Shown here piece after piece: positions 29,777 to 40,093 of a DNA stretch of 64,000 bases. This DNA is from Treponemataceae bacterium (GTDB lineage Bacteria; Spirochaetota; Spirochaetia; Treponematales; Rectinemataceae): assembly GCA_963667725.2 (NCBI GenBank), contig CAXXHO010000003.1:1792001-1856000 (forward strand), written 5' to 3'. The notes beneath the pieces are model-generated. The model was given only the letters and a program-made list of their open reading frames with translations. It made no database searches and had not been told where the DNA came from. Positions within the stretch are counted from its first letter, which is position 1, and the number at the start of each line of letters is the position of its first letter. The position numbers and the translations under genes are program-made.

Positions 29777-31168
29777 CTATTTTTTGTACTTTTTTGCGGT
29801 CTGTTGGATATACTGCTTCGGATTCTGGCCTTCGAATTTCTTGAATACGCGCGTGAAATAGGCCTGATCCGAAAAACCGACGAGGTAGCTCGCTTCCTTG
29901 ATGCTCCCGCCGCCCGCCATCAGCTCCTTAGCCCTGTTGACGCGCACGCGGCCCAGGAGTTCGCTGAAGCCGATGCCCAGTTCCCTGGAAATGGCGTGGG
30001 ATAGGTGGAAGGAATTGACGCCTAGCGCTTCGGCGGCCGAAACCAGGGTGAGTTCTTTGGAATAGCCGCTTTTAATGTAGTCAAGCGCTTTCATGCCGAG
30101 GCTCCGCGGGCTCGCGTCCGTCGCGCTCATATGTAGCAGGTCGCCCTCCCCTTTCCTGGGCAGGGGGGCGAGCCTCACGGCGGGGCAGTCGGCGGATGCG
30201 AGCCTGGAGCCCTCCAGCGCTCGCGAGAAGAGAATGTCGGCATCCTCCCGCGAAGGGCCGGCCAGGCCACAGAGGAGGATGCGGGGAGCGCTGTCCCTGA
30301 GTCTTCTGCCACCTTCCTCGACGATGGGCCAGAGAGGGTCGCCCCGCAGATTCTTCTGGAAGCCCCCAGGAACCCAGATAGGTTTTTCAGTTTCCGCTGA
30401 TCCGGTTAGCGCCTTATCCGAAGGAGCCATCCCTGTTTCCAGGCCGTAGAGGAAGATGAAGCCGCAGTCTTCCGCGGCAGTGGCAATGATTTTGCGGGAA
30501 CGCTGGACGGCGATCTTGCAGGCCGCCGCCAAGGCCAGATCCGCGTATGCTTTATCCGTCGAAGCCCCGGGCATGCCCGAGGCAGTAGCCGTGCCCGACG
30601 CGGCGTGCAGCCTGAAGACGATCACGGACCGGGACAAGTCCTTCAGGGAAGCCAGATTCTCGTATTCCCCGACGCTTGCCGCGTCGAGGCTCCCCGCCTT
30701 CATCTGGGCGGTCAGGGCGCTTTCCAGCTTTCTCGCGGCTTCTGAAATGGCCGTGATGGACTCTTCCCTCTTCCTGGACAAGGATTCAGGTTCCCTGTTC
30801 GCGTCCAGCGAACGTTTCAGCGCCGACAGCACCTCATCGGCTGAGGCGGGCTTGAGAAGATATTCGTAGACGCCCTGACGGATGGCTCTCTGGGCGTATT
30901 CGAAGGTGTCAAATGCGGAAATGATGACGATCGGGGCGAGGATGCCCGCCTTTCGCAGCGCTTCAGCGGCGCCGAGACCGTCGAGGCCTGGCATTTTAAC
31001 GTCGAGAAAAATCGCGTCGTAATGTCCGGCCTTGCCCAGTTCCAGCGCTTCGTGTCCGTTTCTGGCTTCGTCGATGAGGAATTCAGGCTCGAGCCCGCTG
31101 CCGTCGATGATGAACCGCAGCGCCGCCCTCTCCAGGTCTTCGTCGTCGGCGATCAGGATTCTGGCCAA
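29777..31168 (-). CDS. Response regulator with AraC output (YesN-like)
   Basis: REC domain (ADDE, LDVKMP, YLLKP) plus C-terminal VGFSDQAYFTRVFKK. Confidence 0.9.
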   Translation of the reverse strand: MARILIADDEDLERAALRFIIDGSGLEPEFLIDEARNGHEALELGKAGHYDAIFLDVKMPGLDGLGAAEALRKAGILAPIVIISAFDTFEYAQRAIRQGVYEYLLKPASADEVLSALKRSLDANREPESLSRKREESITAISEAARKLESALTAQMKAGSLDAASVGEYENLASLKDLSRSVIVFRLHAASGTATASGMPGASTDKAYADLALAAACKIAVQRSRKIIATAAEDCGFIFLYGLETGMAPSDKALTGSAETEKPIWVPGGFQKNLRGDPLWPIVEEGGRRLRDSAPRILLCGLAGPSREDADILFSRALEGSRLASADCPAVRLAPLPRKGEGDLLHMSATDASPRSLGMKALDYIKSGYSKELTLVSAAEALGVNSFHLSHAISRELGIGFSELLGRVRVNRAKELMAGGGSIKEASYLVGFSDQAYFTRVFKKFEGQNPKQYIQQTAKKYKK

Positions 31169-32682
31169 CGCGATACTCCTTTCATCGGGATGGAAAGCCT
31201 GATGATGGTGCCTTTTCCTGGCTTCGAGTAGAGTTCGAGCCTTCCTTCCGAACCGTAGAGGAGGAAAAGCCTCGTGGCCACGTTGGCCAGGCCAATGCCC
31301 GTGCCCGCGAGCAGCCCTTCTTTGGCTTCGATAGTGCCCATCGAGGCGTTCCTGATGACCTGGCGCAGGCGGATGAGCGTTTCCTGAGGTATGCCCTGTC
31401 CCGTATCGATGATGAAGGCCTTGATGTTGTCCCCTCTTCTCTGGACGGAAACCAGAATGCGGGTGTTGTCTTCCTTGGGTTCGATGCCGTGGCGCACGGC
31501 GTTTTCCACCATAGGCTGGAGGAGGAATCGCGGTATCTTGATGACGCTCAGGGCCGTGTCGAAGCGTATTTCCCAGTCCAGCCTCTCGCCGAAACGGGCT
31601 TTCTGGAAGCTCAGGTATTCGCGCACGATGCCGACCTCGTCGCCCAGGGGGACATAGGGACCGCCTTCCTTCATCGTGGATCGAAGAAGCTTGGCCAGGG
31701 AAATAGTGAGCTTTTCCGTGGCGGGAGCGCGCTCGAGGAGGGCGTTGCGCGCGATGGAATTGAGGGCGTTGAAAAGGAAATGGGGACGCATCTGGTCCTG
31801 CAGGTTCATGAGCTGGGCTTCGCGCAGGGCCTTTCCCATGGTGAGCAGGCTTGTCTCCTCGTCATGAAGCTTCTTTTCGAGCTCGGCTTTTTCCTTCAGG
31901 TCCTCGATGTAGGTGCGGATGTTGGCGCTCATGAGGTAAAAGCTATCCGTGAGTATCCCCACTTCATCCCGCGACTTCATCCTCAGGGGCGCCACATCCA
32001 ATTCTCCCCTGGCGAGCTTCTCGGAGGCCTTGGCAAGGTTGCGTATCGGTTTCGTTATGGAATTGGCGACGATATAGACATAGCCGAGGAGGAGGACGCC
32101 AGCCGCTATCATCCCCAGGAGAATGGCGTTGTTGATGAACTTGGCCTGCCTGCTTGAGGCGCGGAAGCTTTCCTCTCCCTCCTTCATGAGAATGCTGAGG
32201 AGGCGCGAGAGGTACATGTCCACGTAGCCGGCTATCCTGTCGGCGCGGGCGAAGTCGACATAGTAATCGCTTCGGCCTGTAGCCCTGAAGGAAAAAGAAC
32301 GGGCCACAAGGGGCAGATAGGCATCCAGGCCGTAGCCGGTGGCCCTGACTTCGAACCCGGCGTCTTCGGAGAGAGATTCGAGCGGGGCGAGGGAATTGTC
32401 GAGGACCGACAGGTTGGCGATGGATTCGTAGAGTTCTTCAATCGGCCTGGACGAAGGTTCCCTGAGGAAACGGTCGGCGTCGGCCCTGAAGCTGTTGAGG
32501 GCGACGCGCATGCTGTGGACGAGATGATAGTGGTTGAGGCGGGTTTCGTATTCCTCGGCCACTTTATAGGTGGCCCGCTGCGCTATGATCTCCATCGCCA
32601 CCATGAATATGATGGCGATGCCCAGGAAGGCGAGAAGCCGACCGCGAATCCCTATCCTGAAGCGCCTGCCCTCAGCGGCCAT
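31153..32682 (-). CDS. Sensor histidine kinase (YesM/LytS-type)
   Basis: Two TM helices, HAMP, QMRPHFLFNALNSI, LQPMVENAVRHG, DTGQGI, GIGLANV. Confidence 0.92.
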   Translation of the reverse strand: MAAEGRRFRIGIRGRLLAFLGIAIIFMVAMEIIAQRATYKVAEEYETRLNHYHLVHSMRVALNSFRADADRFLREPSSRPIEELYESIANLSVLDNSLAPLESLSEDAGFEVRATGYGLDAYLPLVARSFSFRATGRSDYYVDFARADRIAGYVDMYLSRLLSILMKEGEESFRASSRQAKFINNAILLGMIAAGVLLLGYVYIVANSITKPIRNLAKASEKLARGELDVAPLRMKSRDEVGILTDSFYLMSANIRTYIEDLKEKAELEKKLHDEETSLLTMGKALREAQLMNLQDQMRPHFLFNALNSIARNALLERAPATEKLTISLAKLLRSTMKEGGPYVPLGDEVGIVREYLSFQKARFGERLDWEIRFDTALSVIKIPRFLLQPMVENAVRHGIEPKEDNTRILVSVQRRGDNIKAFIIDTGQGIPQETLIRLRQVIRNASMGTIEAKEGLLAGTGIGLANVATRLFLLYGSEGRLELYSKPGKGTIIRLSIPMKGVSRWPES

Positions 32683-32688
32683 CCCAGT

Positions 32689-33924
32689 CTATCCGAGAAA
32701 GAGTGGCGTGAGGTGGCGCTCGAAGAGGTTGGCGGTCACGTTCCGGCTTATGTGCGCTTTATGGGTTTCCAAAGCCTTCAGATACTCATTCCCCATCTCT
32801 GCCGCGACCTTGAAGCCGACATGGATGAGCTGCCTGAAATCGCGATTGTAGCGGGGATTTTTCCTGTCATGCCTGAGCGCGGAGACGTAGGCGGCGGAAT
32901 CCCAGTTGTACACTTCGGCGGGCGAAGGCAGCCTGGATTTGGAGATGTCGATGACGGTGGCGTAGGGCTTGGAGAGTTCCTCGAAGCGGCCATATGCCTG
33001 GTCGTAGATCTTCTTGGCGAGCTCGAGCCCGCTGCCGCCGGCCTCGGCCAGGCCGATCACTTCCTCGAGCCACGTGGTGCCGGCGGTCTTCAGGTGGAGG
33101 CCGCAGCCGAGCCGTTTGATGATTTTCCCGATTCCGGGGTAGAGGCTGAATTTGTCGCTTCCGGTATGGATGGAGAGCTTGAGGCTGGCGGGGAGGGAAA
33201 AAGCGCCGATCGCCCACATGGCGACCTTGGCGTCTTCCTCGAACTCCCTGAGGAAAGCCGCGGGGTCGCCGACATAGTCGACGCCCTTGTTGAAGCGTCC
33301 CGAGAATTTAGGGGCTATGGTCTGGACGGGAACGCCGACTTCGGCGAGTCCGGCGAGGATGACGATCATCTCGGCCGGGGATTGGGGTTCGTCCGTCTCG
33401 TCCATGGAGACTTCTATATGAAAATTGCCATCGGGCTTAGATTCCAGGATTTTCGCGTAGACCTTGGCCGCTTCATCGATGGCATAGAGATATTTTCGAG
33501 CGCTCTTTTCCATGAGTTCAGCCGTAACCGGTACCGGCGCGCTTTTATCGCCGACGAGGCCCTTGTGGCTGGCGAGGAAGGCCTGGATACGCTCCGCGGA
33601 AGCGGGTTTGCCGATGAAATCGGCGACATCGATGGTGAAGAAATCGCAGTAAGCCATGAACTTGTCGACATTCTGCAGGCCGATGTGGTCAGCGTCGACG
33701 CAGTACGAGCCCGCGAATCCGGTGACCTTTATGGCCGCGTCGGCGGCGGCGCGCTGGTCTTTGGGTTCGGTGCCGATTATTACGTGCTCGCGATTGCTCT
33801 TGTTCCAGACTATGGAGGCGTTCACCCCTTTCTCGGCCAGAAGCTGGAACGCGCGAATCTGCGCCTCGCCCTGTCTGCCGAATCTATCGCCCGTTCCTAC
33901 CGAATATTTGCTCAATACTTTCAT
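32689..33924 (-). CDS. uxaE: Tagaturonate/fructuronate epimerase
   Basis: GTGDRFG, VDADH, EVSMDET, APKF, KGVDY, KLSIHTGSDKF, HLKTAGTTWLE. Confidence 0.9.
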   Translation of the reverse strand: MKVLSKYSVGTGDRFGRQGEAQIRAFQLLAEKGVNASIVWNKSNREHVIIGTEPKDQRAAADAAIKVTGFAGSYCVDADHIGLQNVDKFMAYCDFFTIDVADFIGKPASAERIQAFLASHKGLVGDKSAPVPVTAELMEKSARKYLYAIDEAAKVYAKILESKPDGNFHIEVSMDETDEPQSPAEMIVILAGLAEVGVPVQTIAPKFSGRFNKGVDYVGDPAAFLREFEEDAKVAMWAIGAFSLPASLKLSIHTGSDKFSLYPGIGKIIKRLGCGLHLKTAGTTWLEEVIGLAEAGGSGLELAKKIYDQAYGRFEELSKPYATVIDISKSRLPSPAEVYNWDSAAYVSALRHDRKNPRYNRDFRQLIHVGFKVAAEMGNEYLKALETHKAHISRNVTANLFERHLTPLFLG

Positions 33925-33950
33925 GAAATTGATCTCCTTTCGATCTATCT

Positions 33951-34033
33951 GCTATACCCCGGAAGCCGTTCCTGGTCAAGGTGGAACCGAAACCGGGGCC
34001 AATCTTGAATCCGCGCCGCCTCCTTGTTACACT
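33951..34033. promoter_or_regulatory. Divergent sigma70-type promoters (uxaE / LarA-like gene)
   Basis: Minus strand TTGACC-17-TATAGC (33979-33951); plus strand TTGAAT-17-TACACT (34005-34033). Confidence 0.55.
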
Positions 34034-34077
34034 TCAATGTATACGACGAATGGACGCGGCGGCGTCGAGGAGCAACT

Positions 34078-35358
34078 ATGATGTATGTAACCCGGGGCTC
34101 GGCCCAGGATGAAATAACGCCGAAAATTCTCGCGGAACTGGTCAAGCGTGCGATCGAGGGAATCAGGGGGGCGAAGCGCGTCGTAGCTCTTCCGCCCGAT
34201 ATTACGCGTTTCCATTCCCAGGCCGGCGCGATTACCGACCTGCTCTACGAGAATCTGGGATCGAGACTCTCGGCCGTCCTTCCCGCCTTGGGAACGCACG
34301 CGCCCATGACGGCGGCCGAGATCGCCGCCATGTATCCGCGGACGCCGGCCCATCTTTTCCGCGTCCACGATTGGCGAAAGGATCCGGTCGAACTCGACCG
34401 CATCCCGGCAAGTTTCGTGCGGGAAGTCGGCGAAGGTTTCGTGGATTACGACTATCCCGTCCAGGCCAACAAGTCGCTCGTCGACGGGAGCTTCGACGCC
34501 ATCGTATCGATCGGCCAGGTCGTTCCTCACGAGGTTGTGGGCATGGCCAACCATGCCAAGAACATTTTCGTGGGAACAGGCGGCAAGGAAGCCATTGACA
34601 AGAGTCACTTCCTGGGCGCCGCCTACGGCATGGAGCGAATGATGGGCCGGGCCGATACGCCTGTGCGCCGCGTGTTCACAAAAGCGCTCGAACTCGCGCG
34701 CGGGAAACTGGCGCCCGTCCTCTGGATCCTCACGGTCATGGGCAGGAACGATGAAGGCAGGCTCGTCATGAAGGGTTTTTTCGCCGGCGACGACATGGAA
34801 TGTTTCGAGAAGGCGGCCGCCCTCGCCCGCGACGTGAACATCGATCTTCTGGACGAGAGCGTTGACAAGGCTGTCGTCTGGCTCGACCCTGCCGAATTCC
34901 GCAGCACATGGCTCGGCAACAAAGCCGTCTACAGGACGCGCATGGCCATGGCCGACAAGGGCGAACTCATCATTATGGCGCCCGGCCTCGCCCACTTCGG
35001 CGAAGACTCCGGCATCGACGCCCTGATAAGGAAATACGGTTACCGCTCCTCCCCCGAAGTTCGCGAATTCGTCCGCGGGAACGAGGACCTCGCCTCGAGC
35101 CTGTCGGCGGCGGCCCATCTTATCCACGGATCGAGCGAAGGCCGTTTCAGGATTACCTATGCGCCGGGGCCTGGCATCTCCAGGGCCGAAATCGAGGGCG
35201 TGGGGTACGGTTATGCTTCGCTGGCCGAGATGCAGGCGAAATATGATGTAAAGAAAATGTCCCTCGGCTGGAATGAACTTGCGGGAGGGGAACGGGTATT
35301 CTTCGTTCCCAATCCGGCTTTGGGTCTCTGGTCGACGAAGGCTCGTTTCGGGGTATGA
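34078..35358 (+). CDS. LarA (lactate racemase) superfamily protein, probable D-mannonate/D-gluconate 2-epimerase (GntE-like)
   Basis: PDITR, ALGTH, HDW and PHEVVGMANHAKN LarA-type motifs; divergent from uxaE. Confidence 0.75.
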   Translation: MMYVTRGSAQDEITPKILAELVKRAIEGIRGAKRVVALPPDITRFHSQAGAITDLLYENLGSRLSAVLPALGTHAPMTAAEIAAMYPRTPAHLFRVHDWRKDPVELDRIPASFVREVGEGFVDYDYPVQANKSLVDGSFDAIVSIGQVVPHEVVGMANHAKNIFVGTGGKEAIDKSHFLGAAYGMERMMGRADTPVRRVFTKALELARGKLAPVLWILTVMGRNDEGRLVMKGFFAGDDMECFEKAAALARDVNIDLLDESVDKAVVWLDPAEFRSTWLGNKAVYRTRMAMADKGELIIMAPGLAHFGEDSGIDALIRKYGYRSSPEVREFVRGNEDLASSLSAAAHLIHGSSEGRFRITYAPGPGISRAEIEGVGYGYASLAEMQAKYDVKKMSLGWNELAGGERVFFVPNPALGLWSTKARFGV

Positions 35359-35397
35359 AGGCGAAAGGGTGGAGGCCCCTTTCAGCGCATTCCCCCT

Positions 35398-36801
35398 TCA
35401 GCGCATCACGAAAAGAGCTTCCGTGCCCGCCTTACCATCCCTTCGCTTTCCTATCGTCACTTTCCAGCCGTGAAGGTCAGCCGCCGCCTTGACGATGGTC
35501 AGCCCAAAGCCGTGGCCGCCGCCCGATCGGGAGGGCGAGCCCCGGTAGAAGGCGTCGAACACGTAGGGCGCATCTTCCTCGGCTAATCCTGTCCCGTCGT
35601 CGGCCACGGAAAAGGCGAACTTCCCTTCGTGCTGAATGAGCCTTAAGCTGATTTCGCCCTGATCCTGTGAATACTTGAACGCGTTGGTCACAAGATTTTC
35701 CAACGCCCGCTCGATCAGAAGCCTGTTCATCGTTATGGACGGAATGGCGAAATTGGGTTCAGGCGAGGCTTCCTCGCCGAATCCCCAAATCAGGTTTCTC
35801 TTCAGGAGACGGGCGTCGCTCGCGAAGCGAAGGCCCAAGGTCCGAAGCAGTTCGCCAAGGCTTACTTCTTCGACGGAGATGCTCCCCTCCCCGCCGATTT
35901 TCAGGAAATCGATGATCTCGCCCGTCAGGTCTTCCAGCTGTTTCGCCTTGTTCTGGATTATCTGCAGGTATTTCCCCTGCGTTTCCTTGTCGGAGGCCAC
36001 ATTGTCGGCCAAGGCGTCGGCGTAACCCTGGATGAGGGCTATGGGCGTCTTCAGGTCATGGCTTACGCCCATCAGCATCTTGGACCTGCGTACCAGCATA
36101 TCCTTGAGATTGAGGCGCATGAGGTTGATCGACTTGGCGAGGAGGAGGATTTCGTGATTGCCCGATCCGGCCACTTCATGGTCGAGGTCGCCCGTGGCCA
36201 CGATGGCTGTATCCTCTTCGAGGGTCTTGATGGCCCGGCTTATGGAGCGGAGGATGGCAAGCGAGATGACTCCCGATACGATGAAGAGAATGAGGGCGAA
36301 ACTGCTTATGAAAAGGACTGTGCGGTTGCGCAGGTCCTGCCTGGTCCAGAAAGGCTGGATATCGTAGAGGATGAAGGGGCTGTCATCGCGCTTCGGGTCG
36401 ATGGGATTGAGCTTGAACTCGGGTTTCGGCCCCGCTTGGCGATCATCTGTCGTGGAGGTGGCGATGTCCGAACTTGTTCGGCGTGGGGGAGCCAAGTCGG
36501 TAAGCCTGATCGAACTCCCCGGCATGATATGCGAGAAGGTGGAAAGGATGACGATGCCGTCGGCAGTCAGGAGCGCCACTTCCCGGAGCGGCATGCCGGC
36601 TTTCTCTGCTTCCTCGTTCATCGTTTCGACCGTCAGCGTGTCGCCCGCGTGCCATCGCGCGGACAGCGCTTCTATAAACACCTTGGAAGGGATCCTCGGA
36701 TCCTTGGGGGCCTGCTGAAAACCGAAAAAGACTATGGAGAATATGACGGGAAGCAGCGTCACCGCCGCCGTGAGGACGGCAAACTGGGTTTTCAGCCTCA
36801 C
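35398..36801 (-). CDS. HAMP sensor histidine kinase (HisKA)
   Basis: VSHDLKTP, ENLVTNAFKY, DDGTG, GHGFGL; GTG start with GGAGG SD. Confidence 0.9.
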   Translation of the reverse strand: MRLKTQFAVLTAAVTLLPVIFSIVFFGFQQAPKDPRIPSKVFIEALSARWHAGDTLTVETMNEEAEKAGMPLREVALLTADGIVILSTFSHIMPGSSIRLTDLAPPRRTSSDIATSTTDDRQAGPKPEFKLNPIDPKRDDSPFILYDIQPFWTRQDLRNRTVLFISSFALILFIVSGVISLAILRSISRAIKTLEEDTAIVATGDLDHEVAGSGNHEILLLAKSINLMRLNLKDMLVRRSKMLMGVSHDLKTPIALIQGYADALADNVASDKETQGKYLQIIQNKAKQLEDLTGEIIDFLKIGGEGSISVEEVSLGELLRTLGLRFASDARLLKRNLIWGFGEEASPEPNFAIPSITMNRLLIERALENLVTNAFKYSQDQGEISLRLIQHEGKFAFSVADDGTGLAEEDAPYVFDAFYRGSPSRSGGGHGFGLTIVKAAADLHGWKVTIGKRRDGKAGTEALFVMR

Positions 36802-36810
36802 TTCATCCTC

Positions 36811-37512
36811 CTATGCGATCGTTTCCGGATTGAAACGGTAACCGAGGCCGTACTGCGTCTGGATGTACCGCGGAGCCGATGGGTCATCCTCTATCTTGCG
36901 CCTCAATCTTTGGATATAGACTCCCACGGCGCTGACGTCGCCGAAATTCTGCCCCCATACCTTATCGTAGAGTTCCTCGGGCGTGAAGGACTTGCCCTTG
37001 GCCTCGATGAGGGTCTGCAGGATGCCGAACTCCCTCGGGGACAGGCTGACGGGTACACCAGCCTTGGTCAGGAAAAGCGCTTCCGAATCCAGTTCGAAGG
37101 GGCCGAAACGCCAGACCGATCCTTCCTTGCCCAAAGCGGGAACTTGGGATCTTCGGATATAGGCGCGCACGCGAGCCGCGAGGACGCGCGGAGGACAGGG
37201 CTTCGTGACGAAATCGTCAGCGCCTACGCCCAGGCCGTGAATGACGTCCTCCTCGGCTTCCCTTGCCGTCAGGATCATGACGGGAATCATGGTGGTCTTC
37301 CTGAGTTTTTCGAGAAATTCAAAGCCGTCCATACCCGGAAGATTGATGTCCAGGATGATGAGATTCCATTCGTTTTCCTTGGCCAGGGCCAGGGGTAGGC
37401 CCGCTTCCGCGTCGAGCGCGATCTTGCATTCGAAACCTTCCCTGTTCAGGTAGAGCATGTAGAGTTCGGCCAGCTCCTTTGTGTCTTCGATGATCAGGAT
37501 TTTTCCTCTCAT
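36811..37512 (-). CDS. OmpR/PhoB-family response regulator
   Basis: LDINLPGMDG, GADDFVTKP, VYIQRLRRKIE, GLGYRF. Confidence 0.93.
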   Translation of the reverse strand: MRGKILIIEDTKELAELYMLYLNREGFECKIALDAEAGLPLALAKENEWNLIILDINLPGMDGFEFLEKLRKTTMIPVMILTAREAEEDVIHGLGVGADDFVTKPCPPRVLAARVRAYIRRSQVPALGKEGSVWRFGPFELDSEALFLTKAGVPVSLSPREFGILQTLIEAKGKSFTPEELYDKVWGQNFGDVSAVGVYIQRLRRKIEDDPSAPRYIQTQYGLGYRFNPETIA

Positions 37513-37521
37513 GCCTTCACC

Positions 37522-39198
37522 TCATCGTCTTTCGAAATCGAGCACTGTCCAGTACAGGCTTATGTCGGCCCCGACTCTATCCAGGGCGAACCCCTCATCG
37601 AATTTCAGGGGGGCGCCGACAACCAGCTTGACCTGGTTGAAAATGTTCATCGACAGGACCGGCTTGATAATGTTGCCTCTCGGGGCATATTCGGAGCCGG
37701 CGGACCCGAAGGATGACACGGCGGTGAGATCCATGCTGAAGCGTGATCCGCCCGAACCGAGGGTCAGTCCGAGGGAGGGTCCTATCCTCGTGGAATTGTC
37801 CGAGAAGTTATGGAGGGCATAGGCGCTGAAGGAAGTGTTCACGAGATCCTTTCCCCTGCCCTTCCTGAAGCCGAGGCCAATGCTGCCCGCCAGATAGAAC
37901 CGGCCGTTGCCCGTCGCCGAGGTGTCGGCGGAGCTGTATCCATCGACTGCCTTAATTGCGTTTTTCGCGGCTTCCATCGCGAGAATGGACGAATCGGCGT
38001 AGCCCGCGCCGTTGTAGTAGCCCTGGACGTGGAGATTCAGCACGAAGCCGTCGGAAGTGAACTTGGAATACTTGAGGCCGAGGGTCGACTGGAAGATAGG
38101 CTTGTTCTCGATAGTGTAGGTCTGATAGCCCCCCAGCCCATCGGACTCGACGTAGATGCGGTCCGAACCCCAGGATACGACGTTCTCGCCGTAGACATCG
38201 ATGCCGGCCAGGGCTCCGGTGAAGAGAAACATGGCTCTGGGCTTGGCCGCCATATCGCCCCGGTAAAATCCCGCCAGGGTGAGCTCGAAACCGCCCGCGA
38301 CGAAGTCGGTGCGCTGGGCGACGGAGAACTGCCCCAGCTCGTCGATTTCCGTGGGCGGGACGACATAGAGGGTCGCGTGGTTGAGGCCGAAGGGCATGTC
38401 TGCCTTGAAGGCGAAGGGACCTTCGCGTTCGGCGCGGGGGTTGTCGGGATCTATGGCCGAAAGGCTCAAGACATCAGAGGGTTTGTACCAGTTCCCCACG
38501 CCCCAGCGCACCCGCTGCTTGCCCATTCTGAAGAAGATCGCCCTTTCGATCGCGGCGTCGACGAAGAGTTCGTCGAGTGCGAACCCCTCGTCCTCGACGG
38601 TGAGGCTCGTCACGCTCTGGGTTATGTTATAGTCGTAGGATACGGCGCCGTAGAGTCTGAAGAATTCCGAAGCTCTGAGATCGGCATAGGCGCTAGCCTC
38701 GAGATCCTCGACGCCCGAGGGGAGAAAGGTTCCCGAAAGCTCGACATTGTAGACGTATTCCTTGGAAGGAAGGAAGGTAAAGGCTATCGAGTCGAGGTTG
38801 ACACCCCCCAAAAGGCTCTGACTGTCGCCGCTCACCGCTCCGTAAGGGACGAAGGAACTCTGGAGCCCTGCCGCCGCCTCGCCTTCGAGTATAAAAACGG
38901 GGTAGGTCTTTATATCGTCGACGAGCTCCACGATGCTCGTGGCCGCGACATCGGTGTCGACCACCTTGATGATGTCCGACTCGCCTCCGAAGAGGGCGCT
39001 TTCGTCGAGGGGCGTCGCGGTGTTGGTTATGTCCTGGCCAAGGGCCGCGCTGGAAGTGGATCCGGCGTTGCCGGAAGTTTGGCCCCCCGCCTGGCCGAAG
39101 ACTCGCCCTGAGGCGGGGCCGGCCCCCAGAACGAGGGCGAGAAGAGCGAGGAAGGCGGCGATCTGGCGCCGTCCGGCGCGCGAAATGTCATGGTTCAC
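37522..39198 (-). CDS. Hypothetical exported, probable outer-membrane beta-barrel protein
   Basis: Signal peptide; LDELFVD...RMGKQRVRWGVG...PSD motif; alternating beta-strand pattern. Confidence 0.6.
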   Translation of the reverse strand: MNHDISRAGRRQIAAFLALLALVLGAGPASGRVFGQAGGQTSGNAGSTSSAALGQDITNTATPLDESALFGGESDIIKVVDTDVAATSIVELVDDIKTYPVFILEGEAAAGLQSSFVPYGAVSGDSQSLLGGVNLDSIAFTFLPSKEYVYNVELSGTFLPSGVEDLEASAYADLRASEFFRLYGAVSYDYNITQSVTSLTVEDEGFALDELFVDAAIERAIFFRMGKQRVRWGVGNWYKPSDVLSLSAIDPDNPRAEREGPFAFKADMPFGLNHATLYVVPPTEIDELGQFSVAQRTDFVAGGFELTLAGFYRGDMAAKPRAMFLFTGALAGIDVYGENVVSWGSDRIYVESDGLGGYQTYTIENKPIFQSTLGLKYSKFTSDGFVLNLHVQGYYNGAGYADSSILAMEAAKNAIKAVDGYSSADTSATGNGRFYLAGSIGLGFRKGRGKDLVNTSFSAYALHNFSDNSTRIGPSLGLTLGSGGSRFSMDLTAVSSFGSAGSEYAPRGNIIKPVLSMNIFNQVKLVVGAPLKFDEGFALDRVGADISLYWTVLDFERR

Positions 39199-39207
39199 GG
39201 TCGCCTC

Positions 39208-40083
39208 CTACTGGCTTACGCGTTCGAGATAATTCTTCGTGAAGACATCGTTGGGCACGGGCTTGGTCGAGATGTTGGTATAGGTGGTCTGCGTCCGCTT
39301 TTCGGGGATAAGGCCGTCCTGGAAGGTCTGGACGGTGGGCACGAGGGATTTCCCTATCTGTACGTAGCTTGTGTAGTAGGAGGTGCGCAGCAGAACCTTG
39401 GAGAGGCTGTACTCCTCCACCTTGAGGACGATCGAGCGCTCCTTCTCGATGTACATCGTTATGAAGGGAAAGGCAACTTCGTCGTTGTTCGCTTTGAGTT
39501 GGCCGACCCATACATCGTATTTCCCCAGTTTTCCGCTGTCCAGCTTGACCACGTCGTAGTCCAGTGAGCGCTGGAAGCGCGCGAAGTCCGAATTGCGTGT
39601 CGTGGTATTCTCGTACTGTTCCTTGAGGGTCGTATGGTTGAACTTGCGCGAGCTGGGATCGTAGCGCCACATGTTCGAGTCGACGCGGAGCATGCCCTGA
39701 CCCTTCCGCGACTCGGGTTCGAGGGTGATCATCAAAAAGGCGTCATCCTTGTCGCGGCGGTAGATGATCTCCTTGCGCGTCTGGGTGCCCTTTTCGGGGC
39801 TCACCGATACCATGGTGATCGTCGCAGTCATGTCGCTGTCGTAAAAGCTCGAACGGATATCTGTGGTGCGCACGAGCATGAGAAAATCCTTGCCCGACCA
39901 GTCTTTGGGATCTTTCGAGGTCGGTAGCTTGTAGTCATCGAGCCCTGGCATGCCCATTCCCAGCATCATGCCGCCTCCTCCTCCGGGAGGGGGGCCACCT
40001 TGGGCTTCCGCTCCCGAGAGGGCGAGGCCGACGAGAAGGGCGAGGCCGACGAGGCTGGCGAGGCTTTTAGTTCTTAGTTTCAT
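39208..40083 (-). CDS. Outer membrane lipoprotein-sorting (LolA-like) protein
   Basis: PESRKGQGMLRVDSNMWRYDP motif; signal peptide; lies next to LolD/FtsX genes. Confidence 0.75.
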   Translation of the reverse strand: MKLRTKSLASLVGLALLVGLALSGAEAQGGPPPGGGGGMMLGMGMPGLDDYKLPTSKDPKDWSGKDFLMLVRTTDIRSSFYDSDMTATITMVSVSPEKGTQTRKEIIYRRDKDDAFLMITLEPESRKGQGMLRVDSNMWRYDPSSRKFNHTTLKEQYENTTTRNSDFARFQRSLDYDVVKLDSGKLGKYDVWVGQLKANNDEVAFPFITMYIEKERSIVLKVEEYSLSKVLLRTSYYTSYVQIGKSLVPTVQTFQDGLIPEKRTQTTYTNISTKPVPNDVFTKNYLERVSQ

Positions 40084-40093
40084 CCTGTACTCC

